From Flavobacteriaceae bacterium (GTDB lineage Bacteria > Bacteroidota > Bacteroidia > Flavobacteriales > Flavobacteriaceae), in contig OZ238267.1 of the NCBI GenBank assembly GCA_965178585.1, forward strand, positions 2,355,313 to 2,419,312: 64,000 nucleotides of DNA, read 5' to 3'. The position numbers were made by a program, and so were the translations under genes. Positions 1 to 9,252 of this stretch are shown here, in pieces; position 1 is the first letter of the stretch, and the number at the start of each line of letters is the position of its first letter. The notes beneath the pieces were generated by a model, which saw nothing but the letters and a program-made list of their open reading frames with translations, was not told where the DNA came from and made no database searches.

Positions 1-1
1 T

Positions 2-247
2 CCTGAAATGATATTTGAGTTTGGCAAACCCATTAAAGCAATAACAAAAAACAATGCTGTTATAATACCTGAAAAGGAAAGCTTTGGTGTTTTAGTTTCA
101 TTAAATCAAAAAGAAAAATTTGAGAATACTTTTAAAAACTATTCAATTGAAAAAATTGAAAGATACGATATGAACCAAGGAAAACCAGGAAGCAGATCAC
201 ATAGACCGAGGCTGTGGAGAGATTTTTATTTAGTTACTAAAAAATAA
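2..247 (+). CDS. 3' end of an unidentified protein-coding gene. The frame is open to the left edge of the window.
   Basis: The reading frame continues without a stop from base 2 and ends at the stop at 245-247. I do not recognise a family for it. Confidence 0.3.
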   Translation, partial: PEMIFEFGKPIKAITKNNAVIIPEKESFGVLVSLNQKEKFENTFKNYSIEKIERYDMNQGKPGSRSHRPRLWRDFYLVTKK

Positions 248-252
248 AAATA

Positions 253-819
253 TTATTTTATAAATTTTCTTTGAAGTATTAAGTTTAATCTATAGAATAA
301 CCAACCTATAATTCCTCCAAAAAACATTCCAGTAATAACATCTAAAGGATAATGTACACCAACATAAATTCTACTATATCCTACCATAAAAGCCCAAAAT
401 AATAGAATAAAAATCAGGTTTTTATATTTCTTAATTAAAATTAACCCTAAGAATACTGCCGTTGCCATAGAGTTTACAGCATGACCAGAAAAATACCCAT
501 AACGTCCACAATTTTTAACTACATGCCTCAAAAATTCTTGTAATTCCTCTTCTTGGCAAGGTCTTGGTCTTTTTAGTCCGTATTTAAAAAGATTTGCAAG
601 TTGATCAGCAAAAGTTATCATTAATGCAGCTGAAACTATAATTATCAACATTCGCTTAAAACCAAAATTTTTATAAACTAAATATAAAAGAAAAGCGTAT
701 AAAGGAATAAATGTAAATTTATTTGTTATTACTTGCCAAAGTAAATCCCAAGGCTCACTTCCTAGACTATTTAAATAAACAAATAGTTCTGTATCATATT
801 TTAATAATTCTTCAATCAT
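253..819 (-). CDS. PAP2-family phosphatase (membrane lipid phosphatase).
   Basis: All three PAP2 motifs are present: KYGLKRPRP, SGH and SRIYVGVHYPLD. The protein is multi-pass hydrophobic. Confidence 0.8.
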   Translation of the reverse strand: MIEELLKYDTELFVYLNSLGSEPWDLLWQVITNKFTFIPLYAFLLYLVYKNFGFKRMLIIIVSAALMITFADQLANLFKYGLKRPRPCQEEELQEFLRHVVKNCGRYGYFSGHAVNSMATAVFLGLILIKKYKNLIFILLFWAFMVGYSRIYVGVHYPLDVITGMFFGGIIGWLFYRLNLILQRKFIK

Positions 820-1042
820 TCTCGTACGTATCTACTTCTCTATCATAGAATTCACTTGCTTCTTTAATAGCATTTTCGGTTTCTTTTTCTAATTCTAATT
901 GATCATCTTTATCAAATTCTTCTAACCATTCTACCTCATCATCTTGAAGATTTATAATAAAACGAGGAAATTCAGTATGGATAACAAATATTGCTTCTGG
1001 ATAATCAGTGTTATCTCCTAATATGAATTTTGGAAGTGTCAT
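812..1042 (-). CDS. Small acidic hypothetical protein (76 aa).
   Basis: The ORF is wedged between yhhN-like and PAP2 genes with overlapping stop/start codons (ATGA at 1039-1042, 8-nt overlap at 812-819). Confidence 0.45.
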   Translation of the reverse strand: MTLPKFILGDNTDYPEAIFVIHTEFPRFIINLQDDEVEWLEEFDKDDQLELEKETENAIKEASEFYDREVDTYEND

Positions 1043-1692
1043 GATTCTTGATTTAATTTAAGCACAAATCTACAAATTAAATATTGAGCAAAAACATAAG
1101 TCATCATAATCATTAATGGATAAAATGATTGTTTTTTATGAAATAAATTTAACGCCAGGATGGTATCAGATGAAATAAATATTAGAACACCTACAACTAA
1201 TAATAAAGAGTTCTTTGTTTTAGATTGCAAAAACAAAATCAGGGAAACTACACCAAAAGATGAAATAGTTAAAGCATATACTATAACAGGAATGCGCATA
1301 GAGCCAAGTCCATCATATAAAACATTCATTAAAACAAAGAATAAAGTAATAAAGGGAACACTAGCTATAATTAATTCTTTTGGCCTTATTTTTTTAATAA
1401 TTTTTAGTACCATAATTATGTAAAAAATATGCGCAATTAAAAAACAGATTAAGCCTAATATAAAATATAATTCTCCAGTTCCCAATAAAAAAACATCACC
1501 TAAAAAACTGAATAATAACCCTAAAACAAAATGCCTATTGAGTTTTTTAGTATTTGAATAATAATACCAAAACAAAGTCACCATTAACATTGGCTTTGCA
1601 AAATTAATCATTGTTTGCTTTTCTAAATAAATTCCAAAAAAATCTATTAAACAAAACAAGATAAAAGCAATAAGAGGTACTATTTTATTCAT
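1039..1692 (-). CDS. YhhN-family (lysoplasmalogenase-like) membrane protein.
   Basis: The protein is polytopic with the FLGDVFLL motif typical of YhhN. The ORF track starts at 1716, but the Met at 1692 removes the overlap with the MATE gene. Confidence 0.7.
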   Translation of the reverse strand: MNKIVPLIAFILFCLIDFFGIYLEKQTMINFAKPMLMVTLFWYYYSNTKKLNRHFVLGLLFSFLGDVFLLGTGELYFILGLICFLIAHIFYIIMVLKIIKKIRPKELIIASVPFITLFFVLMNVLYDGLGSMRIPVIVYALTISSFGVVSLILFLQSKTKNSLLLVVGVLIFISSDTILALNLFHKKQSFYPLMIMMTYVFAQYLICRFVLKLNQES

Positions 1693-3076
1693 TTTGAATT
1701 GAAGTATTTTGAACAATTAATTTATTGGATAAGTAATTAAACCTTATAAATAGAAGTATTCCTGAAGCTGTAAGCCCAGCCAAGAGTCCTATCCATATAC
1801 CAGCACTTTTATAATCGGTATATAAACTCAAATAATAAGAAATAGGAAAACCAATGACCCAATAGGAAATAAAAGTAATAAACGTAGGGATTTTAACATC
1901 TTGCATTCCTCTTAATGCACCTAGAGCAACCACTTGAATGGTATCTGAAATTTGAAAAACAGCCGCAATCAGCAATAGTTTTGTAGCAATACTAACAACT
2001 TCATAATTATCAACCATTTTTGTTGGGTCATTAAAATCTAAATACATTTTAGGGAAGACTCCACTAAAAACAAAAAATGAAATTGCAAAAATTACTGCAA
2101 ATATAGTTGACATTAAAAAAATTGAAAATGCAATTCTTCTTAATTCTATAAATCGTTTTAATCCTTTTTGGTTTCCAACTCTAATCATAGCTGCCACACT
2201 TAAGCCCATTGCTACCATAAACGTCATTGAAGATAGGTTTAAAGCTATTTGATTCGCTGCTTGTGGGTTTTTACCTAAAATTCCAGAAAGCCAAATTGCA
2301 GCAGTAAAAATACCTACTTCAAAAAACATTTGCATTGCTGATGGAAATCCTAAGTTGTACAACTTTTTAATCATTTTCTTAGACAAGACAAATATCTTAA
2401 TGTTTAAAACATATTCTCTTGTTTTATGATGTTGAGATAATAAATACCACAAATAGATAACCATTACCACCCTTGATACTAATGTCCCAATTGCTGCTCC
2501 AACTATTCCCAGTTCTGGGAAACCAAATTTTCCAAAAATGAATAAATAATTGAGTACTATATTAATAACATTAGCTATCAAGGTAGCATACATAGGATAT
2601 TTTGTCATTGACATACCATCACTAAATTGCTTAAAAGCCTGAAAAACAACTAAGGGTATTAAAGAAGCAGCTACTAAATTTAAATATGGAATTGCTAATT
2701 CAACAACTTCTTCTGGTTGTTTCATTAAATGCAAAATTGGTTCTGCTAAAAAGACTCCTAAAAATAAAAGGATACTTATTACGGTACAAAGAAAAAGGCC
2801 ATGCTTAAAAGTAGATTTACCAGCTTCAAAATTTCCTTCTCCATCTGCTTCTGCTATTAATGGAGTTATTGCCGTTGAGAAACCTATACCTAATGACATA
2901 GCAATGAACATAAAACTATTTGCTAGAGAAACAGCTGCTAATTCAGCTGTCCCTAATTGCCCCACCATAACATTATCTACAAAAGAAACCAAGGTATGAC
3001 CTAACATTCCTAAAATTACAGGATATGCTAATTTTAAGTTATAGTTAAATTCTTTTGTATAATCTGTTAAAGTCAA
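1685..3076 (-). CDS. MATE-family multidrug/toxin efflux transporter.
   Basis: It is 463 aa with about 12 TM segments and a NorM/DinF-like N-terminus (YPVILGMLGHTLVSFVDNVMVGQLG). Confidence 0.85.
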   Translation of the reverse strand: MTLTDYTKEFNYNLKLAYPVILGMLGHTLVSFVDNVMVGQLGTAELAAVSLANSFMFIAMSLGIGFSTAITPLIAEADGEGNFEAGKSTFKHGLFLCTVISILLFLGVFLAEPILHLMKQPEEVVELAIPYLNLVAASLIPLVVFQAFKQFSDGMSMTKYPMYATLIANVINIVLNYLFIFGKFGFPELGIVGAAIGTLVSRVVMVIYLWYLLSQHHKTREYVLNIKIFVLSKKMIKKLYNLGFPSAMQMFFEVGIFTAAIWLSGILGKNPQAANQIALNLSSMTFMVAMGLSVAAMIRVGNQKGLKRFIELRRIAFSIFLMSTIFAVIFAISFFVFSGVFPKMYLDFNDPTKMVDNYEVVSIATKLLLIAAVFQISDTIQVVALGALRGMQDVKIPTFITFISYWVIGFPISYYLSLYTDYKSAGIWIGLLAGLTASGILLFIRFNYLSNKLIVQNTSIQNE

Positions 3077-3161
3077 ATAACAATATTTAGCTGGCTAAGG
3101 TAAAAAACACATTTAATATAAAAGAAAATGTTTTCTATATTTAGGCATTAAATAATATAGT

Positions 3162-3617
3162 ATGAAATATAAAGCTAATACAGTTGAAGAATATATAGCT
3201 CAATTACCAGAGGAAAGAATTATTCCATTTAATAAACTACGAAAAACAATCATAGATAATCTACCCGAAGGATTTGAGGAGGGTTTGGGATATGGTATGC
3301 CTGCCTATTTTGTACCTCATTCAAAATATCCTGATGGTTATCATTGTGATCCAAAATTGCCACTACCGTTTATTAATATTGCTTCTCAAAAGAATTTTAT
3401 AGCATTATATCATTCCGGAATTTATAGTGATCCAAATTTATTAGATTGGTTCACAACAGAATACCCCAAACATGTAAAGACAAAATTAGATATAGGTAAA
3501 AGTTGTATTCGATTTAAAAAAATAGATCAAATCCCATTTGATTTATTAGGTGAATTGGTTACCAAAATGACAGCAGATCAATGGATAGAAATATATGAAA
3601 GAAATATTAAAAACTAA
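3162..3617 (+). CDS. DUF1801 (YdhG-like) domain protein.
   Basis: Size of 151 aa and a GYGMPAY-type core match the family. Recognition is from memory only. Confidence 0.55.
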   Translation: MKYKANTVEEYIAQLPEERIIPFNKLRKTIIDNLPEGFEEGLGYGMPAYFVPHSKYPDGYHCDPKLPLPFINIASQKNFIALYHSGIYSDPNLLDWFTTEYPKHVKTKLDIGKSCIRFKKIDQIPFDLLGELVTKMTADQWIEIYERNIKN

Positions 3618-3820
3618 AGATATCTAAAATTAGAAGCCTTTAATCATAACATAACAACTATCATTAATCTTATTAATTAATAGTTTTTAAAACAACCAAT
3701 AAAAGTTTCAATAAATTGAGAGCTTATTCTTAACAAAACAACTTTTATTTATGATGAAACAAAAATTAAGAATACTTATTAAAACTTAATTATTGATTGC
3801 GATATAAATAAACAAAAGAT

Positions 3821-3880
3821 TATGAACATCAAAGTTAACACCCATAATCACTTATCACTCCCGATTAAAAATTACTCACA
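3821..3880 (+). repeat. Copy A of a ~60-bp intergenic direct repeat (partner at 9191-9250).
   Basis: tatgaaCatcaaagttaacacccataatca aligns with tatgaaTatcaaTagttaacacccataatca with 1 mismatch and 1 indel. The next ~30 nt are about 65% identical. Confidence 0.8.
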
Positions 3881-3888
3881 ATAAAAAA

Positions 3889-3921
3889 GGCCATTTAGAA
3901 TTAATTCTAAATGGCCTTTTT
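3889..3921. terminator. Bidirectional intrinsic terminator.
   Basis: A perfect 28-nt palindrome (ggccatttagaatt/aattctaaatggcc) is flanked by an A-run (3883-3888) and a T-run (3917-3921). It lies between convergent genes. Confidence 0.8.
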
Positions 3922-3946
3922 GGCAGATTAATTTAATTATTATTTA

Positions 3947-4384
3947 TTAATCGTTAGTTTTCAACGCTATATTCATTCTTTGACCAGAAGCTATTTCTGA
4001 AGTTGATTCAAAAGCTAAAACTAAAGGAACATATTCGTTAGTAAGATTAATATTTAACGCTGTAAATACTAATACTCCAGAACGTTCATTTGCTGGTATA
4101 ACAACTGATGCATCAAATGAATAACTCTCAGGAGAAAGTTCAGATTCCTCTTCTACAACTATTACTTGAAATGTTCTTTCAGATGAAGAAGCATTTGAAA
4201 CATAATATGTCAAAGGAAAATTAATCTCAGGATTACTTGCTGATAATGGCAACTCTAAAGTAGCCGCTATTGTGAATCCAATTACATCTTTATGATCAGC
4301 ATTAATATCATCATAATTAGTTGAACAAGATGCTACAACTATTATAGTAAATATTAATGTAACTATTTTATATATTTTTTTCAT
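3947..4384 (-). CDS. Small lipoprotein, third gene of the SusC/SusD locus. Function unknown.
   Basis: It has a lipobox (VVASC) and sits 15 bp downstream of susD in the same orientation. Confidence 0.5.
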   Translation of the reverse strand: MKKIYKIVTLIFTIIVVASCSTNYDDINADHKDVIGFTIAATLELPLSASNPEINFPLTYYVSNASSSERTFQVIVVEEESELSPESYSFDASVVIPANERSGVLVFTALNINLTNEYVPLVLAFESTSEIASGQRMNIALKTND

Positions 4385-4399
4385 ATTTCAAATTTTAAA

Positions 4400-5815
4400 T
4401 TAATAACCTGCATTTTGCTGCAAGTTTGGATTTACATCTAATGATTCTTGAGCAATTGGAAGTTGGAATAAAAGACTTCCAGATTGTAACGTTAGTACAT
4501 CAGAAGGAGTTCCAGAACCATCTGCAATATCTCCAGCAATAGTCCTATTTATAGTAAGCCCCCATCTTTTAAGATCGAAAAAACGTTGGTATTCAAAAGC
4601 AAACTCTAATCTTCTCTCTAGACGTATAGCATCTCTTAAAGCAATACCTGTTTCACCATTAGGAGGTGTAAGGTATCTATTTTCTCTAACCATATTTAAT
4701 GCTGCTCTAGCTGGTATATCATTTCCTAAATTATAATATGCTTCCGCTTTATTTAAATATGCTTCAGCAGCTCGGAAAATCTTATAATCTACTTCACCAT
4801 TAAATACACCAGGTCTACCAAATAGTTTTTTTATACCATTATATTGTGTTCCTCCGTTTGATCCTTCAAATGTATATGCTTCTTTTCTTATATCATCATC
4901 TGCAAATAAATTATATAATTGAAATGAAGTTACATATTCAGGTATTATTGATGTCATAGGCCCTTGACTCCATGTAACACCAATACTATTACCTAGAATT
5001 GGATCTACATTTGGGATATACATAAGTAACCCATCTTGGCTCGTATCTTCCCATACTCCTACTACATTATCTCTAGAAGCTACACTTATAGTAACATCAT
5101 TAGCAGCATTAATAGCATTTTGCCATTGTCCCATATAAAGATAAACTCTAGATAATAAAACATTAACAGCATCTGCTCCCATTCTTCCTACAGGGTTTGA
5201 ATCATTAATTTTAGATTTTGCATCTACTAAATCATCTAATATCAAATTATAAGATTCACCTACAGAAAGCCGTGCTGGCTCAATATTAGGATCTGGTTCT
5301 AAAACATAGGCAACTCCAAGGCTTGAATTAGCATCACTAGATTGTGTTGGAATTTGCCCAAAATAAGTTACTAGGTTAAAATGTGCTAATGCTCTCAAAG
5401 CTTTTGCTTCAGCTATGATATTATCTTTACTTTCACCTTCAAAATTCTGAACATAGTACAAAATTTGATTTGCTCTAAATATAAGTTCGTAAGCATTATT
5501 ATAAGTTCCTAATAACGTTGAATTAGAATTGTACTCATAATCATGTAAAGTTCGTTTTGTAAAACGACCTGCTTGACATAAGGTCACATTATCAGAAAGT
5601 ACGTCTGGGACACTTAATGAAGTATCTCCATATAATCCCCCTAAAGTTAGTGCAGAATAAACTCCACGTATACCGTTTTCAAAATCTTGAGCAGTTACAT
5701 ATGCGTTTTCAGTAGCGAATTCATCATATGGTAACTGATCTAATTCATCTTGACAGGATACAAACAATCCTGTAAAGAAAACTATGATTATTATTATTTT
5801 AAAGTATTTTTTCAT
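4400..5815 (-). CDS. susD: RagB/SusD-family nutrient-binding outer-membrane lipoprotein.
   Basis: It has a lipobox (LFVSC), a TPR-like SusD fold signature and the conserved C-terminal region (RLERRLEFAFEYQRFFDLKRW). It lies directly downstream of susC. Confidence 0.9.
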   Translation of the reverse strand: MKKYFKIIIIIVFFTGLFVSCQDELDQLPYDEFATENAYVTAQDFENGIRGVYSALTLGGLYGDTSLSVPDVLSDNVTLCQAGRFTKRTLHDYEYNSNSTLLGTYNNAYELIFRANQILYYVQNFEGESKDNIIAEAKALRALAHFNLVTYFGQIPTQSSDANSSLGVAYVLEPDPNIEPARLSVGESYNLILDDLVDAKSKINDSNPVGRMGADAVNVLLSRVYLYMGQWQNAINAANDVTISVASRDNVVGVWEDTSQDGLLMYIPNVDPILGNSIGVTWSQGPMTSIIPEYVTSFQLYNLFADDDIRKEAYTFEGSNGGTQYNGIKKLFGRPGVFNGEVDYKIFRAAEAYLNKAEAYYNLGNDIPARAALNMVRENRYLTPPNGETGIALRDAIRLERRLEFAFEYQRFFDLKRWGLTINRTIAGDIADGSGTPSDVLTLQSGSLLFQLPIAQESLDVNPNLQQNAGY

Positions 5816-5832
5816 TTTTCTTATTTTTTTGA

Positions 5833-8800
5833 TTAGAAACTTAAATCTACTCCAAATGAAACAGATTTTGTATTTGGATAACTATATAGAGTTGCCTCTC
5901 CTGGAGCAACGGTACTTGCGAAATTAATGGTTTCACCCGATGAAATACCTACTTCAGGATCTCCATAAAACTCTGTAAAAGTCAATAAATTTTGTCCTTG
6001 AAGATATAGTCTTAGATTAGTAAAAGGTATTCTACTTAACGATTCGCTAGGGAATGTGTAAGAAAAAGTAAGGTTTCTCATTCTAATATAATCACCTTTT
6101 TCTAAGAATCTATCAGAATTTACTGAATTAGCTTCATTTTGATAAATTGGACTTGGCTGTACATCCGTATCTCCTGGGTTTTGCCAATAATTAAAAGCAG
6201 AAATTGCTTGATTATCATCAATATTAATACCATCTGAGTTTAAGTTTGAACGCACAAAGTTGTTAATCCAGTTTCCAGATTTAAAAATAAAATCGGCTCT
6301 TAATCCCCAACCTTTATAAGTTAAATCTGTAAAGAATCCTCCTTCTTTATCTGCTATGGTAGATTTTCCTTGTAAGACTCTATTTTCTCCTTCAGGAAGA
6401 TCATCTGCTCTGTAAACTTCACCGTCAGCTCCATAATACAATGGCGCTCCATTGGATGGATCTACACCAGCATATCGAACTAAATAATGCTCATTAATCA
6501 ATGCTCCTTCTCTAAATAAAATATTAAATGCATTACCAGGAATTACATCTTCACCATCTGGTAATGAAACAATTTCATGATCTAGGAAGAATATGTTTCC
6601 TCCAAGTGTCCATTTCCAATTTTCGTTTCTGATAACGTCTCCTTGTAATGAAAGTTCAAAACCTTTATTTTGAATTTCACCTAAATTTCCAAATACGGAC
6701 CCTACTCCAGATTCACCGGATGCTGGTATAGCAAATAAAAGGTCTGTTGTATTTCTAATAAAATAATCGGCAACACCTCTTAATCTATTATCGAACATAT
6801 TAAATTCTAATCCAAAGTTAGCTGTAGCGGTAGTTTCCCATTTAAGCTCTGGATTTCCAATATTAGATGGGATAGTTGCAGATCCACCAGGATACGAACC
6901 AAAAGCTACATTATCCTGTGCAGCATAACGGGATATACCATCGCGATTACCAACTGTACCATAAGATACTCTTGGCTTTAAAAGATTTATAAAATCTGCA
7001 TTGAAGAAATCTTCTTTAGCTATATTCCAACCTAAACTTCCACTATAAAATAGTCCCCAACGATTATCTTTACCAAAATTTGAAGAACCGTCATAACGAA
7101 CTGATGCTGATGCTAAATATTTTTCTTTAAAATCATAATCTGCAAATAATCCATACGATACTAATGTTAATACATTTTTAGTCGTACTACCTGCTGTAAC
7201 TTGAGCAGCATTACTTTGAGTAGTTAATAATTCTGATGGGAATCCTATACTTCTTACTGAATAGCCATTATTTTCATTATAATTATATTCAAATAATCCC
7301 ATAACATTTAAATTATTCGTGTCTGTTGAAAGATTATAATTTAGTCGATTACTCATAGTCATGTCAAATCGATAAGCTCCTGTATCCAATTTATTACCTG
7401 GATTATTTGGATCTCCAATAAGTGCATCTAATATTCCACCAGGTTTTGAATAACTTTCATTTCTTTGATTTAGACTGTTAATAGAAGTATTAAATCCATA
7501 ACTCCAATTGTCTGAAAACAGTATCTCTGCATCGACACTTGATAATAAGTTATTTTTAATTTCCTCTGCTGGTTCAGATAATAAAGCTCCCCTTACATTA
7601 AATGATGTGTGGGTTGGACTATAAATTGGATCACCATTTTCGTCTAATTCTGGGTTTCCATTTTCATCTAATACAAATTCTGTCTCGTAAGGGTTATAAT
7701 CGTACATTGCTCTAAAAGGATTTTGCACATTATTTCTATCACGAGGTTCGTCACTTGTAGATCTTGAATAACCAACATTTACTCCTAGTTTTAACCAATC
7801 TTTTGCATCAAAATTTAAGTTCAGTCTTGTATTAATTCTTTCAAAACCATCAATTTGATCAATAATTCCTGTATTTCTATCATATCCTACAGAAAAGAAA
7901 TAATCCATTTTTTCTAAACCACCAGAGAATGATAAATTATTATTTTGCACGTAACCTTGCTTTAACATAAGGTCTTGCCAATCAGTTTCATTATCTAATA
8001 GAAATTGTCTTTCTGGGCTTCCGGGTTGAGTTGTAACTCCAGGTAAACTATTCGCAGCAGAAATTCCTAAGGCAGATAATTCTGCTTCATATTGCATTTT
8101 CTGTTGAGCATTCATCACATCGAAATTAGGGTTTATCCTTTCAGTAAAACCAAATCGAGAGCTAAATCTTACCTGAGCGTCCTTATTTCTATCACCAGAT
8201 TTCGTTGTTATAACAACAACACCATTTGCACCTCTTGAACCGTACCTTGAAGTAGTAGCTGCATCTTTAAGTATCGATAAATTTGCAATATCTTGATTAG
8301 ATATAGTTCCTAAATCTTCTTCTCGTACCACTGCTCCATCAACTATATATAATGGTGAAGATGCGCCGGAACTTAATGAACCCACACCTCTAATTCTTAC
8401 AAAGGCTCCTTCTCCAGGCTTACCATTTGCTGCAGTTACTTGTACCCCTGCTGCTTTACCTTGTATTAAATTATCAATACTGGTAGACGGAGCAAGTTGT
8501 GCAATTTCCTCAGCAGAAATAGAAACAACGGCAGAAGTTTGAACAGTTTTGTTCCTTCTTGAATAACCAGTAATTACTACTTCTTCAAGTACTGCTGTAT
8601 CTTCTTGCATTTGAATACTTAAACTTGTCATGTTAGCTAAAACTGTTCGTTCAATAGTTTGATATCCAACAAAACTAAATACAATAATTTTTGTTGCTTC
8701 TACATCTAGACTAAACATTCCGTCAAAATCTGTTTGTGTACCATTAGTTGTGCCTTTTTCAATAATGTTCACTCCCATTAGAACTTCACCTGAAGTATCT

Positions 8801-8892
8801 GTTACAACTCCCGAAATTGGGTTTTCTTGAGCCATCAGAATAGTGACATTAAAAAACATAAGCATTAACCATTTTAAATAGGTTTTTTTCAT
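5833..8892 (-). CDS. susC: SusC/RagA-family TonB-dependent outer-membrane transporter.
   Basis: It is 1019 aa with an N-terminal carboxypeptidase-regulatory-like domain, a plug motif (ILKDAATTSRYGSRGANGVVVITTK) and a C-terminal beta-barrel ending in F. Confidence 0.92.
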   Translation of the reverse strand: MKKTYLKWLMLMFFNVTILMAQENPISGVVTDTSGEVLMGVNIIEKGTTNGTQTDFDGMFSLDVEATKIIVFSFVGYQTIERTVLANMTSLSIQMQEDTAVLEEVVITGYSRRNKTVQTSAVVSISAEEIAQLAPSTSIDNLIQGKAAGVQVTAANGKPGEGAFVRIRGVGSLSSGASSPLYIVDGAVVREEDLGTISNQDIANLSILKDAATTSRYGSRGANGVVVITTKSGDRNKDAQVRFSSRFGFTERINPNFDVMNAQQKMQYEAELSALGISAANSLPGVTTQPGSPERQFLLDNETDWQDLMLKQGYVQNNNLSFSGGLEKMDYFFSVGYDRNTGIIDQIDGFERINTRLNLNFDAKDWLKLGVNVGYSRSTSDEPRDRNNVQNPFRAMYDYNPYETEFVLDENGNPELDENGDPIYSPTHTSFNVRGALLSEPAEEIKNNLLSSVDAEILFSDNWSYGFNTSINSLNQRNESYSKPGGILDALIGDPNNPGNKLDTGAYRFDMTMSNRLNYNLSTDTNNLNVMGLFEYNYNENNGYSVRSIGFPSELLTTQSNAAQVTAGSTTKNVLTLVSYGLFADYDFKEKYLASASVRYDGSSNFGKDNRWGLFYSGSLGWNIAKEDFFNADFINLLKPRVSYGTVGNRDGISRYAAQDNVAFGSYPGGSATIPSNIGNPELKWETTATANFGLEFNMFDNRLRGVADYFIRNTTDLLFAIPASGESGVGSVFGNLGEIQNKGFELSLQGDVIRNENWKWTLGGNIFFLDHEIVSLPDGEDVIPGNAFNILFREGALINEHYLVRYAGVDPSNGAPLYYGADGEVYRADDLPEGENRVLQGKSTIADKEGGFFTDLTYKGWGLRADFIFKSGNWINNFVRSNLNSDGINIDDNQAISAFNYWQNPGDTDVQPSPIYQNEANSVNSDRFLEKGDYIRMRNLTFSYTFPSESLSRIPFTNLRLYLQGQNLLTFTEFYGDPEVGISSGETINFASTVAPGEATLYSYPNTKSVSFGVDLSF

Positions 8893-9190
8893 ATTAAATA
8901 ATTTAAGTTATTACATTTTTAGATTTATAATTTATTTAAAAACATCAAAAAAAGCCAGAAGCAAAAGTTTAGGCTAATTCAAAAAAAATTTAGTTCAATT
9001 AATAACAAAGCTAAAGGGTATTCCAAAAAAATTACTTCCAGCTGTTTTTAAATGCTAATTAATTGTTAAAAATACAACAAAATATTTTTTTAAAGTTATG
9101 ATAATTATGATTTTTCTCGTTTTATACAAAAAAAAAAAAAAAGCCATTAGAACATCTTAAATATTTGATTGTACTCTAAGAAAATAAATA

Positions 9191-9250
9191 TATGAATATC
9201 AATAGTTAACACCCATAATCATTAACTAAACCGATGAATACTTACTGAAT
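9191..9250 (+). repeat. Copy B of the ~60-bp intergenic direct repeat (partner at 3821-3880).
   Basis: See copy A for the alignment. This copy lies directly after the araC-type gene stop and about 300 bp upstream of the susC ATG. Confidence 0.8.
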
Positions 9251-9252
9251 AT

